A DNA stretch of 63,417 bases from Selaginella moellendorffii (lineage: Eukaryota; Plantae; Lycopodiophyta). The notes under the pieces are model-generated. The model was not told the origin of the DNA, did not search any database, and saw nothing but the letters and a program-made list of their open reading frames with translations. The translations under genes were made by a program, and so were the position numbers. This document shows, one piece after another, positions 24,376-38,000 of this stretch; the first letter of the stretch is position 1, and every line of letters begins with the position of its first letter. The stretch is taken from assembly GCF_000143415.4 (NCBI RefSeq), contig NW_003314303.1, positions 559,043-622,459 on the forward strand. Direction: 5' to 3'.

Positions 24376-25454
24376 ATTGAGAGTTTACCAGACTCTTATT
24401 TCATAGTGCAAAGGCTTTGGAGTTCAGCTCCAAATTCAAGTGCACTATAATGATTTATAAAATAGAATTAAATATATATTGAAATCTTAATAAGCATAAT
24501 TTACTTCCTTGAGGTTAGAGGCAACTCACAAAATCCTCTGAGCTGGCATTTGAAGAAATGATGTTCTTCAATAGCAAACATCAACCTACTAAAGTCACAT
24601 ACTGCTTTTATCATGGAACTGTTACATGTTGTACAATCAATCCCAATACCATCTAGTGAGTAGGTCTTTTATATTTTTATCTAATTTTTAAACTTTCTTA
24701 TTTTTCAAATTATGATGTGGAACTATTATGCCTTTTGTAGAAACACATGAAATGAGTTTTGTGATAATGAGTGTATAACATACATTTTTCCTAGGTACAA
24801 TAGTTCCATTGACATTATACCTAGCTTTGTAGATAAGCAAATCCATAACATGTTTCCTAGATACAAATATTAAACTCTATTAGTGATGCAAATTTTGTTT
24901 AAACTCTATTATGAAATATATACTCACCTTTTCAGGCTTGCCTTGAACACCTCTAATATTGACCATAATAGGATCCATGATACACTTAGAAGAGAATAAC
25001 TTAAAATAAACTTCTATTACTCACATTAGAAGCATATATATCATTTAATAGGATGAAGATAATATGGCTAACTTTGAGCATAAGTGCTTCTGAGAAGAGG
25101 AACACATCATGCACATGGTCATTGATGAGAAAATTCCAATCCTTGACTTTCCCATTAATATTTGAAAGATCGTCTAGAAAGTCAAAGAGAATGAAGTTTA
25201 CAACTAGGAGCAAGGTGTAAAACATAAATCCTTAAATCCCAAAGTGGAGCCAAAAGTGATTTGGGTGGCAGTGGCTAAAATAGAAGTCTAACAAGGATAA
25301 TATATTTGGATAAAAATCTCTGATTTAGAAAGTCAAGAGTAAGAGTGGAAATCCTAAAAAAGTGCTTGAGAAACAAGTATGAAACAATTAATAAGTGAAA
25401 AAAGACAAAAAAATGATTGATATGTGGCAAATGTTATGACACATAAAAGTGTCA

Positions 25455-25660
25455 AAATTAGACCCAATATGGAGTTTGAGACCAAATCTGAGATGAAGAC
25501 TGAAATGGGGTCCAAGATGGACCTTGAGATCTGATTCGAGATGGAGTCCAAAACCTAGTCTAAGATGGAGTTTGAAATTGGGTCTAAAATAGAATCCAAA
25601 ATGAAGTCCCAAATCAAATCCAAAATCGAGTTCAAGATTGAAACTAAGACCGAAACCAAT
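25455..25660 (+). repeat. Decayed GAGTCC/GAGACC hexamer array, remnant of an A/B-type LTR
   Basis: CpG-eroded version of the array at 34750-35200, also preceded by ATGACACA..AAGTGTC. Confidence 0.6.
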
Positions 25661-26083
25661 TGGAGTTGGTACTATTTCATTAGGAATATCCTAGGAGCAA
25701 GCTTCCTCAAGAAACTAAAACAAGACTTGGAGAAAATGGAATGTTAAGAGAACTTGTGATGGTGGTCCAAAGCAAAACATGCAAGGATGCTAGACCAAGG
25801 CACAAAGTTTTATTGGTGCCACAACTTTGTCTAAGGAGAGGTGCACCCTCCTATCAAAGCGATGCTGCTAGGGAATCACAGCAAAGAAACTGCAATGTTG
25901 GAAAACTAACTATCCAACCAAGTAACTAGGAAAATTCTCCAATCATGAATTTATGTGACCAAAGTTAAAATCAGTTGCTCTGTCTACTGCTGTAAATGAG
26001 TAGGGCTTGACTTACAATAACGCCGTTAGTAACCCTAAAAAGATTCGTTTTCAATATTCTTAAAGTTCGTGAATGCTAGGGCT

Positions 26084-27691
26084 ATGGATGAAGTCGCTCG
26101 CGTGGAAGCAACTCCTGCCGCTCTCCAGAGGGTAAGAAGTGGGGTTTCAGGCAGTCCTTTCCTCAGGTCGATCGTGCGCAAGATGGAAGTCGCAACAGCG
26201 AGCAGGGCGTCTCCGAGAGTCGTCCTCCCGCAGCACTGGCAAGAGGAGATGGTTCGCGTGGAGCCGACTCGTATCAATCCCGTCCAGGCCGACCCAGAGA
26301 AAGCATGGCGGGCATCCGCGGACGTGTTTGAGGAGTGGATCGTCGACGTCGAGGACGCGAGCTGGAAGGAGTTCGTCCAGACCCCGCTGCCCGAGCTCCC
26401 TGAGCTAGTGATCCGCACGTACTCCAACGTTTCGCCACCGCCGCTCGCCGAGCTCTGCCCGCTCGACTTTGAGATGCGCTGCTGGTGGTCGTTTCATGGA
26501 GAGATGGACGAGTGGATCCAGCAGCAGCCGGACGATTTGCCAGCTCCAGATGCTTGTCCGCTGGGACATTTTCGGTGGATCGCACTGAATTGCGGGCATA
26601 GGTCCGGGCAAATCCAGACCACTTCACTAGCGGCCTTGTGCTGCTACCCCGATGCGATGGTCAGAGCAGATCCTGGGATTCCCTCTCTGCCGGATTGCAG
26701 GAAGATGTGTCTCGTTGGTGTCATGGCGATGAATCTCGATGAGAAGAACAGCAGCCTGGAGATTCAAGCTGCGAGGCTCTACTCGTACATGTTGCTCACC
26801 GGCTCGTACTTCGGGATTCTGTCCTCCTACTTCAAAACTTTTGCTTGCAAGAGGCTGCCGGGGTTGGATGGGTGCTTGTGGATCTCACCTCCGCTGCTCT
26901 ACAACAGCGGCGACACGCTCAAAGCTTGCGGATTTGTGGCATGGCAGGCACAGAACTTCTGCGAAGCTAGAGCAGTGCCAGTTCCTCCCGATCTCCAGGT
27001 TCCTTTCACAAGGACGGGGCCTCGAGCGTTTGATCGTGTGCCGATTCTTGCGAGGCTTCGAAAGCTGGCCAAGGAGCAGGGTGTTGCAAACATGGACGAG
27101 CTTGTGGAGAAGCTTTCGTGGTGGGACGATCTACAAGCCCTGAGCGAGCCTGGTATCTTCTCACACAACGCAGAAAAGGGGCGGATCCTGGTGTCTGCCG
27201 AGTACCATGGGAGGCTTGTGCTTGTCAAGTTCAGGGACTTGACGCAAAGCGAGTGTTTGGATACAGACTTTTACCTTAGGAGGTTCCTTCGTGAGGTGGA
27301 TGTTTACATGCGGCTTCGGGATTTGCAGGGCGATGCCATTGCTGAGATGTTCGAGTATGGTTTCGTGCGTGGCGCCGCCATTTGCTTCGTTGTCCTCACA
27401 TACTGTGGCAGCTTCTCGAAAATGGTTCCTTTGTATGGCAAGCGCTTCAAATCGTTAAACGACGATGGTGGCACCTTCGATGCGGGAGCTGAGTATGATG
27501 TGATCATGTCCCTCCTGCAAAAGGTTCATGCTCAGGGCGTCCACTTTGCTGGTAAGCCGGACTGGACGCGCATGTATGGCCAAGCTAGCCGATTTTTCTT
27601 GGTTGGAATGGCAGGGGGCCATCTGGGAGTCAGCGATGCTGCCAAGGCTAAGGATGTTGAGTTTTTGCGTGCTTCTTTGTTACCAGTATAG
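26084..27691 (+). CDS. Intronless Crinkler-like protein: degenerate REase-fold domain plus divergent kinase-like domain
   Basis: 535-aa ORF. QAARLYSYMLLTGSYFGILSSYFKTFACKR...LWISPPL is the CR-REase-type pattern; VLVKFRD...FLREVDVYMRLRDLQGDAIAEMFEYG...LQKVHAQGVHF is kinase-like, with no HGD or DFG motif. Confidence 0.65.
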   Translation: MDEVARVEATPAALQRVRSGVSGSPFLRSIVRKMEVATASRASPRVVLPQHWQEEMVRVEPTRINPVQADPEKAWRASADVFEEWIVDVEDASWKEFVQTPLPELPELVIRTYSNVSPPPLAELCPLDFEMRCWWSFHGEMDEWIQQQPDDLPAPDACPLGHFRWIALNCGHRSGQIQTTSLAALCCYPDAMVRADPGIPSLPDCRKMCLVGVMAMNLDEKNSSLEIQAARLYSYMLLTGSYFGILSSYFKTFACKRLPGLDGCLWISPPLLYNSGDTLKACGFVAWQAQNFCEARAVPVPPDLQVPFTRTGPRAFDRVPILARLRKLAKEQGVANMDELVEKLSWWDDLQALSEPGIFSHNAEKGRILVSAEYHGRLVLVKFRDLTQSECLDTDFYLRRFLREVDVYMRLRDLQGDAIAEMFEYGFVRGAAICFVVLTYCGSFSKMVPLYGKRFKSLNDDGGTFDAGAEYDVIMSLLQKVHAQGVHFAGKPDWTRMYGQASRFFLVGMAGGHLGVSDAAKAKDVEFLRASLLPV

Positions 27692-27964
27692 AAGAAATCC
27701 GGGATACAAATTTTTATCGAGCTTAGATAGGAGATAGTTTATGGTTTTCACTGAATTTCTGGGTTGGAGAACAGGTTGACGTCTGTTGGAATTCCTTATG
27801 ATGCATTTTAGAGACTGTAATTTAAGAAGAATAGAATTGTATTTAAGAGTTTCTAATCAATTGCTTTCATAGAAAAAAAATGGTAGAACGACATAGCATA
27901 GCTGTGAGAAACTTGATTTTATATTCCAGAAAGAATTATAGAGGAGTGCCAAAATTTTATGATC

Positions 27965-28630
27965 TCAAAAGATTTTACAGATCTTCCTGTATCTCTTTGT
28001 TTTGGCGATGTCAAGGGCCCGTGTCAAATCCTCCGCCTTAGCAAATGTCTCCAGGAAAAACCCAATATCCTTGAGATGTGAATACTTCCGCCCCTTCCTG
28101 TTCTTGAAAGCCGGGATGGGGATTCCATTCCTGGGCTGCAAGGAAAAGGAGTGGGGATTGTCGTCCACGATCACCACACGCTTCAAGTCGCGACCCAAGC
28201 GCGACAAGTCTTTGATCATTGTTTCCCCTCCGTCGCAAGAAACACACGAATCCCGGTACAGGCGGTGAGTGATCAATCCCTCTGGGTCGAGCTTGTCCAG
28301 AATCTTGTCTGCATAGTATTGCATCGCTGCGGTAAACACAACTATCTCGTAGAGCTTCGCCATGTCTCGCAGGAACTCGTCCACGCCGGGCCGCTTAGCC
28401 ACCATGTAGCGCTCCAGTGGCACAACTTTCCCGCTGAAGAGCCTGAGCGTTGCTTTCCCCTCTCGGGCATGGATGAGGGTGTTGTCCATGTCCAAAACCA
28501 ACGTTGGCTTGTTTGGATCCAGAGGTGGCGGTAGAATACATGTAGTAAACTCACCCTTCGTTTTCACCTTCTTGGGCTCTGGCATAAGATCTAGTGTCTG
28601 AAAATCCCAATCTCCATGCTCGCGCTTCAT
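27965..28630 (-). CDS. SCP/CTDSP-like small CTD phosphatase (NIF/FCP1 domain), intronless
   Basis: TLVLDMDNTLIH (DxDxT), KRPGVDEFL, VVFTAA, RLYRDSC, KDLSRLGRDLKRVVIVDDNP. Confidence 0.92.
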   Translation of the reverse strand: MKREHGDWDFQTLDLMPEPKKVKTKGEFTTCILPPPLDPNKPTLVLDMDNTLIHAREGKATLRLFSGKVVPLERYMVAKRPGVDEFLRDMAKLYEIVVFTAAMQYYADKILDKLDPEGLITHRLYRDSCVSCDGGETMIKDLSRLGRDLKRVVIVDDNPHSFSLQPRNGIPIPAFKNRKGRKYSHLKDIGFFLETFAKAEDLTRALDIAKTKRYRKICKIF

Positions 28631-28723
28631 TTTCGACAGAACGAAAGAGATAGCCCTAGAGGTGGCCTTTTAGTGAACGAACTAATACATTGAAAACCTT
28701 AAACTCGCTATCGATTTGATCGC

Positions 28724-29690
<967 letters not shown>

Positions 29691-30577
29691 TCAAAATATC
29701 TTCAAAGAACAGAACCTCTAGTAATCCCATGCCTCAGGCTGGCGCCGGTGGGCTAGTAGCCGGAGGAAGCAGTGCGATCTCGACCCGATGAGAATAGTGG
29801 CTGATGCGGGAGCTGAATAGCTTCAGGCCTTCCATGGATCCGGAAAAGAAGATCTCTTAGAACGTGATCGATCCAATGAGTGGGTAGTGTGATTGTTTCT
29901 AGCAGAAAAAATAAGAAACTCCTTTTAGCACGTATCCTCTTCGTCATCCTCGTCTATCTCCATCAAACATGAACTCCTGTTAGGCTCGGATGGATCTTTG
30001 GACACTAACACCTAGTTTGCGTACAGTTCATGAAATCACTATAATTCTCTTTCTCTTGCTGGAGAGGTTTGCCCCGAGTGTCAAGGGCAGAGCTGAGAAT
30101 CTGGGATGGCAGATTTATTGACACGCCTCCGTTGAGTAGGATCTAAGGAATGCGTTTAATTCTTTCAGGCTTCTCTCCAACACGCAATTCATTGAGAATG
30201 TGAGTCATTTCTTTCCCTTTCCTGCTGTGACGTGTTTGAAAGGTGCAGGAAGATGAAACCTTGACTCCCCAGAAAGAAAAGGACGGAGAATCGCCTTGTG
30301 TGGAGAGCTACAAGGGTGGTATTGTTCCTCGTTACAAGGAGGCTGTCACTACTGCATGGAATGGCATCTAAAGCTTTCTCGAAGTCAAGTAAGATCTCTT
30401 AAAAATCTTTGAAGTTACCTGTTAGTAGAGAGAACTTTCTCTTATCAGGAAGCGAGGCCCAGTTTGCCTTATAAGAGTGAGGAGTTCATGCGTGATCTTG
30501 CCAGGTTTCGTTCATTCTCATTAACTTTAGTTTCTCGGAAATCATCAAACTTAATTCATCAAAATTGCATCCATGAT

Positions 30578-30718
30578 CATGGGCCAGCCTCTTTTTCCTT
30601 GCACTGTTGCTCAAAGGTCGCAGGATCTGGGCAAGATCCTCCTCGACTCCAATCTCGGTTCTTATCCACAAGGGCAAAAATCATCGTCATCGACTAGGTC
30701 TGGCCCGGAGAATCTCTA
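30578..30718 (+). pseudogene. Inverted tau-GST exon-1 relic with many small deletions
   Basis: The blocks TGGGCCAGCC, CTTGCACTGTTGCTCAAAGG, CAGGATCTGGG, CTCCTCGACTCCAATC, CGGTTCTTATCCACAAGGGCAA and GGTCTGGCCCGGAGAATCT are collinear with GST exon 1. Confidence 0.75.
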
Positions 30719-31076
30719 TTCTTGCAATCGATTAAGGACATAGATTTCGGATATTCTTGTACGAAAATGACTTTCTTACCAAAGTTGTTTAGTACTTGTC
30801 CACTAGATTTTGTTGGCGATGATCTTTGGAAGGAAAACATTTAGATTATATGACATTCTATATCTCGATGAGCTCCTTTCGTGGATGATGGTCAAGTTAT
30901 GCGCACTGGGTGACACAGGAAGAGCCGTGTGGGAAGCAGAAAAGCTAGCTTCAAATCTTTTTGTTATCTCGAGCTAGCGATATGACCGTTTCTCGAGGAA
31001 GGCAAAGCAAGCAACGCTAATGTAAGATTATCATAGACAACTTGGAACGGTCAATAACAAGAGAGCTTTTCATCGC

Positions 31077-31813
31077 TCACTTGCTCCCATAGCGAGCCTG
31101 GATATACTCCTTGAGCTTGTCGATCGGCGGCAGCGCCACTTTGGCCGAGGGATGCTCGGCCACGGCCCCGAAGAGTTTGTGGAGACGCGGGCATTGCTCC
31201 CGGCTCGCGGGCTTCAAGCCCATCACTTGCTCAACCCCTGGGATCAACACCGCATAGGGAGCCAGCATCACATCCAAGAACGACATGCTCCCGCCGCCAA
31301 AGAAGGGGCCCTCTTCCTCATCGCCCAGCTCCGCCAGAGCTCCCTCGAGAAGCAAACAGTTTTGGATGAACTCCTCGTTCACGGCAGCGCCACCGTCGCT
31401 GCTGCGCACGAATCGTCCCAAGGAGTCGAGAATCTGTGTGATCGATGAAGTAAGAAATAGCAGCAGATTTATCGAAGAAAAACCCATACCTTCTTGTCAA
31501 TGAAATCGGTCCAGAAGCGGTGCTTTGCGCGGAGGAATGCGTCCTGAGGCAAGAGTGGGCTTGTTTCGGGCCAGACCTCGTCGATGTAGTGGACGATGAT
31601 CGCCGATTCGGAGACGGGCTTGCCCTTGTGGATGAGAACCGGGGTCTTCTTGTGAACTGGATTGGACTCGAGCAGGAGCTTACTCTTGTTATCCAAATCC
31701 TGGGGGAGATCTTCGTGCTCGATGCCCTTGAGCAACAGTGCAAACTTGGCTCGCATGGAAAAGGGGCTGGCCCAAACTGTGAGCAGTGTTACATCTTGAC
31801 CGTGAGAAGCCAT
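31077..31813 (-). CDS. GSTU: Tau-class glutathione S-transferase (2 exons)
   Basis: Same motifs; close paralog of 28724-29447. Confidence 0.95.
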
Positions 31814-32589
31814 GACTGGATGGAAAATTGAGAAGAAAAGTTAGAAATGCGAATGGACTGAGGTTTAATTGAAGGAAGGGTCGCCTTTTATAACATGGAG
31901 TGCCTCCCACGCGGCTCCCCGACCAATTGCCAAGAAGGCAGACGAGAAGGCATTTGGTATTTTCCAAATAAGAATTAAACTTCCAGCAATGGAAATAATA
32001 CTGTTTTTAATTTTTTTTGGAAAAGCATGACGTTATATTTATGAAACGACTTATGGTGTATGTGCCACAACGTTTGACCTTTCTGCTGGAGCATTCTTAC
32101 GTCTGTGAATTTTATCTGATGATGATCTGACCCAAAAGATTGATATCCCAATCAACTGTCACCCAATGTCTCGCTTCACCTGAGTGCTTTATCTGCGAAA
32201 CAACAATGTTTCTACTATTAGTCTCTTTTTTTCTGGCAAACCAGAGTATGTTCCACAAACCATGAACATTGGAAGCGATTGCAATACTTGTCCTATTGCT
32301 CTCATTTGTGTGTTCATTTGGAGGTCTGCCATTTTGTGCTCTTTAGAACATCTCTAGAGAGATCACAGGTTGGGCAATGACCATTTGCCAAGTTTCAAAT
32401 CACAGAAAAACACTAAATAAAAAGTGCACCAAATCTAAGATGTTTGCTTCAAGAGATGGCTAACCTCTCCTAGCTCCCACACCAAGCCCCCATGCAACTT
32501 AGCTCACCCAAGTTCAAGACAAGGGAATTGCTTGTTTGAATCCAAAAGCTCAGAAACGAGAAAAGAAAATGGAACTTCAAACTCTATTG

Positions 32590-32827
32590 AAAAATCCAAA
32601 TCCAACCAGGTGCAAAAGAACAACAGCTGCAAAAGAACGGGCCTTTGTCCACATTGCCCAGCTTCACTAGTGCTCCCTCTAGAACCTCGTAGTTCTCAAT
32701 AAACTTATCATTCTTGGTTGTCTTCACACATGAATCACCAAAAGCTGTAGGATAGATTATATGAAGGATTTGGCACTTTGGAGAGAAAGCCTTCTTGTTG
32801 ATGAAATCAGTCCAAAATGGTGCCATG
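32590..32827 (-). pseudogene. Tau-GST pseudogene, 3' part; it continues at 56096-~56135 beyond the nested insertion
   Basis: FWTDFINKK...KFIENYEVLEGALVKLGNVDKGPFF; 56096-56130 matches the preceding GST segment (CGGAGGAATGC...CAAGAGTGGGCTT). Confidence 0.82.
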
Positions 32828-34516
32828 TATGGTGTGCAATTTGTAAAAGGGTGTGTGTTATTGTGGTATATTTCACTCACAATACAATGTCCATGTGGCA
32901 ATTTTCTATTGGTTCCGCATTAAATGTCATTTGGATGCCTCATGGATGCTGGCTGATGGGTCAATGATATCCCCATAATATGAACAATGTGTTATACATA
33001 GATGCCACATATCATCAAGTTTGACCCCATGACATGGGGATTCATCAGGTCATAGGGTTTAGGAGACACTTCCTTGCCTTAGCACTTTGCTTTAGTGCTT
33101 TATTATTCAACATATTTCTTGGTAGCAGATGTGGAAAGTAACTTGGTTTGCTAATGATTGGTTTCAAATGTTTTTGTGAGCAATGTTGGAAGTGGCTTTG
33201 ATTTACTACTCAATTGCTTTCTATGACTTTCAAGTTCTTACCATGAGTATAGTTCCCTCCCTAGTTTACTTCAATTTTGTGTCACTGAAACTTTTTCTTC
33301 TTCTTTCTTGGAAGACGTGGAGGAAGACGAGGTGGATGGCCTTTCATCCAATTTTAGTGATTCGGACTGTGGTTCTAGTATAGATAGTGACAATGATGCT
33401 CTCTTAGAGGTTTGCTTAGTTTCTAACCTTCTAGATTCATGATTTGCATGTTTCTAAGCCTTCTATAATTTTTTGCAATTGAGGGGATTTAGTAGTCCAG
33501 CTGCATTTGGCACTTGGATGCACTTGAAGCTCCTCGAGACTAAGACTACTGCTTACCTCGCATGCTATCTTAGAATTTCCAAGCTAACACTGTACAAATA
33601 TATGCGGCTTGTCGATCCAAATTGGAGAGGTGTATATTACAGAGTACCACCCAAAGAGGTACTTCATCATGTTTGAACTAACAATGCCATGAATCGAGGT
33701 GGCACAAATTGGGGGATTATTAATTCCTGATCTAGTTATAGAACTGGAGGATACCAGTTTAGCCGACGCTAAATTCGTCAGGCCTTAGCCACTCACAATC
33801 CAAGTAGGCTAGAACAGAGGTACATAACAAGGATTTGATGACGGATTTACAGGAACGAGGAGGCTTATGCACTTTGCCATATGGATTGTGAGTATTCTTT
33901 CATTTCTACTTTTTTGTCAGAACATGTGGTAACATGTTTATTATATGTAAGGAACCAACTCCCCGAGTTGTTGTAAGCTAAAGGATCCCTGAAAGCATGA
34001 CCGAAATAATAAAGAGTTCATCGAATGGGACCGAGTCTGAGATCAAGTCTGAGACTGACTCTAAGACCGAGTTCGAGATAGAGTCTAAGATTGAGTCCGA
34101 GGCCGACTCCAAGACCGAGTTTGAGGCCGAGCTCGAGACCGAGTTCGAGACAGAGTCTAAGATCCGAGATCGGGTCCGAGACCGAGTCTGAGGTCGAGTC
34201 CAAGGTTGAGTCCGAGATCAGGTCCGAGGTCAAGTCCGAGATTGAGTCCGAGTCCGAGATTGGGTCCAAGATCGAGTCTGAGATCAAGTCTGAGATCAAG
34301 TCCGAGACCGAGTCCGAGTACTAATACAGGTCGAGGGGTGAAAGCCCAAAGCGTGAGTCTTCCAAGGGGGAGGGGCTGTGGGGGGTTCCAAAAGTATAGT
34401 AGGGATAGTGAGGTCTAGGAACCAATCTTGAAGGAACTTTCCAGTGATGCTTCCAAACTGACTTGAGGTTGAGACTGGGGCCAAGGGGCTTTGGGTGGGA
34501 GTGAGCATGGACTTGG

Positions 34517-35037
34517 TGTGAGACACAAAATCCCTAGGCCCCAAAGTGGAGCCGGAAAGGGTGCCACATGGTAGTGGCCGAAACGAAAGCCCAAACGAGT
34601 GTAACACATTTGGACTAAAAGCTCTGACTTGGAAGGTCGAGAGCGGGAGTGGAACTCCCAACAAAGTGCTCAAGGAGCGAGCACGAAGCGAGCAATAAGC
34701 AACGCTCTAAAAAGGGACCCAAAAAGGACCAACACATGACACGTGGAAGTGTCCGAGATGGAGTCCGAGATGGACCCGAGATGGAGTCCGAGATGGAGTC
34801 TGAGGTGGACCAAGACGGAGTCTGAGATGGACCCGAGATGGAGTCCGAGATGGACCCGAGATGGAGTCCGAGATGGAGTCTGAGGTGGACCGAGACGGAG
34901 TCCGTGATGGACCCGAGATGGAGTCCGAGATGGACCGAGATGGAGTCCGAGATGGACCGAGACAGAGCCCGAGATGGAGTCCGAGATGGAGTCCGAGAAG
35001 GACCCGAGATGGAGTCCGAGGTCGAGACCGAGACTGG

Positions 35038-35072
<35 letters not shown>

Positions 35073-38000
35073 GGACCGAGACCGGGACCGAGACCGGGAC
35101 CGAGGCCAAGGCTGAGACCGAGCCCGAGCCCGAGTCCGAGTCCGAGTCCGAGTCCGAGTTCGAGTCCGAGTCCGCATTCGAGTCTGAGCCCGAGTTCGAG
35201 TCTGAGAGGGTGAAAGCCCAAAGCGTTCGTCTCCCAGACCCTAGGGGGTTTGGTGAGCTCCAAAAGTATAGTGAGGGGGAGGACTGCAGTGGAGCCAGTT
35301 TGGCTAGAAAAGGCCAGTTTGGCCCAGGAAGGCCAGACCCAGTGTTGGGTGATGAGCTGACCACTGGGAAGTCCAAGACTAGAGTGAACATGAACCGACA
35401 AGCGGGATAGCTTGGTGAAGTGTTCAAGAGCCGGCTTTAGTTCCCCCGGGAGATCGACTGGCCGATGCTCCCAGTCCAAGTGTGGGTGGCACTACCTACT
35501 TGGATACCAGGTGTGGCTCAACGGAACCTCGCTCTAAGCCCATGCCTAGAGCACCTAAAGGCGAAAGGTGGGGAGAGTACCCAGGTGGCTTGCGTAAGGC
35601 CACAGTGTTCCGAAATGTTGTCCCAAAGGCCCAGACTGTGGAAAGGAAGAGGAGCAGTCCTCTGGGGTAGTGACCAAGGACACAGTCGTGTGGTGAGGAA
35701 GTCCCAGAGGACCATGGGACCTAATGGTCGGGCCGGTGGGCCTCGATTCAGTGGTAGTGTTGGTGAACACGGCCGTGGGCAGAAAGGGACTTGGTGGGGA
35801 CCAGAAAAGAAATATTGGGGAAGGCTATTCCCCTTGTCGGTGGGCATCCTAAGGATGCTAAGGAGTGGATCTGGGATGACCACTCATGGATGGTTGGCCC
35901 AGTCTTGGAGAGACAAGATTGTGTTGCAAGTGGTATTGGACTACCAATGCAGCAAAGGTGATTGGGAATAGCCTTAGCGTAACAGGCTGCTATGTCAGTG
36001 GTACCTTTGAGTGTCGGTCATGGGATCGGACACGTGGAGCACTTGGACTAGGTGCAAGGGTTGAGTGGCATGGATGCCATTCTTGGGGCTAGCAAGTCCC
36101 AAGTCCTGAATTGGACTTATGGAGGTTGTGAATGAGACTCCTCCAAGTGGTTAGAGGTGTGGTTAAGTGACTAAAATAGAATGGAAAAATTAGTCGCTTA
36201 CAACTTGGTATCGGAGTTGTTCCTTAGTCCGACTTTTATTGGTGCTCAAGTATATCACCATTGATGTTGGCATTGGAAGGTCCTAGGAGGGGGCCTATCC
36301 TTGAGGAGTAGCATGTCGAGAGGACATGGCTCTCCACTCAAGTTCATGCGTGAACTTGGGCACGATGTGGTGGATAGAAAAGGGCCAATAATAGAACGAC
36401 TTTGGGATCTTGGGAACAGTATAAGGTTTCCTCAGAGAGCTGAGGATGTGATCCAGATGAGCGTTTGACGCAGCAAATGGGCTAACATAGTTGTGGTAAA
36501 CAACTATAATTGGGATCACGGGAAAGATGTAGACTCCAAAATAATAAAGGAGTCACAAGATTACCCTCATATAGTTGAGGCCGGTGCTCATAACTTTGAG
36601 ATTGGAATTGATGACCATGGGAGGTCAAATATATGAGAGGACACAAGTCCTCAAAATGGTAGCTGAGGTTATCCTTGATAAATGTTGGAACAACCCAAGG
36701 AGTTGGGGATGTAATTAAAGGATGAGTTGGTATTCTTATCACATGGACAAGTGGTCCTAAGAGGTAAAAGGTTGCCCCAAGAGAACAAATCAAGTATCGG
36801 AGTAACACTTGCAAATATGGTCCTTGTGAATAAGACCTGAATACAAGAAGTTGTATTCCAGTGAGCTGGCACCTCAAAGGTAGGACCTCATGGGTCGTCA
36901 GATGACAAAGTCCAAAAAGCTGGATGACTCTAGTAGAGTCAAGGAATGATCTTAAAGGATTGATGGAAGCATTTGGACTGAGGTGTGTGGTACCCCACGA
37001 AGGATGGGGGGGATCATAGGATCCAAGGATGAGAACAGAGGGTATCTCATCGATGGCAAAATATCGCACATGTGACTTCGGGTATCGAAAGATACTTGTC
37101 GACCGGTCCTTACGGACACTCTTTCCTTACTGCCATGACGGCAAGAGGTCGGTACTGCTGGTTCCCATCATTGGCCCCTCTTGTCCAAGTGTTAGTAAAC
37201 TGGGCTTAGCATCTGTACTTAGCCAGATGGACATAAGGTAGGAACTCCTATGTGTTTCTAGCTGAGCATTCTCGGCCTGGCTTTTAGTTCTCTTTTGCTC
37301 TGTCTTGCACTGGCTTGGCTAGAACCCTCGCGTATTGAGATTGGTCCCTCAATATCGCTGGATGATAGCTTACCGTGTCTGCCAAACACCCTCGCTATCA
37401 TGCCCTTTGTGTTAGTCTCATTTCGGTCCCAAATGCTATTTATGGAAAGTGTCCAGATTTGCTTATTTGGCATATCTACGGAATGTAGAGATCGGCCTGA
37501 ACACAATGGTGTTCGTCCCGTGTCCAAATTCGCAATCTAAAGACATTCCATATTTAGTAAGTTTTGAGCTTGTCCCAGAGACTAACTCCTGGTACTAAAG
37601 GAGGCTTGGGGTGAAAGCCCAAAGCATGTGTTCCTAAGGGGGGGGGGGGGGCTATGGGGGGTTCCAAATGTATAGTAGGGATAGTGGGTAGGTTGGGTAT
37701 GGCCGACCAACCTGAGGCATAGTCTAGCTCCCGCTTGCGTGCCTGTCCTTGTTCTGCGTCTAGCTTGGGTCTAAGCCCAAGTTCCATTCCATGCTAGTTG
37801 GTGGAGTACCTATATCCTCGCGTTAGGCCACCGGTATGCCAAAATAGCCACAGACTTCGTTTGGCTCCGTTTTGCTTGTTAGTCCTGGCATTGGGATGCT
37901 GGTTGCTCCAGGACTGTTCCAAGTCACTCCGGGCCCCTGTCCCTTTGCTCCTTGGGCTATATGCTCGAGAGTTGCTCCGTGGTTCGGTTCCATCACTCCT

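Noticed and set aside
32828-32840. IS3EU-like TIR start (TATGGYGTG) resembles a half-site of the 22-bp palindrome
   Set aside because: Only 8 bp in an unrelated element; likely chance.
33997-35479. Long low-complexity ORFs (ETETE/PRPRP/LGLGL), also at 47425-48175
   Set aside because: Artefacts of stop-free hexamer arrays inside LTRs.
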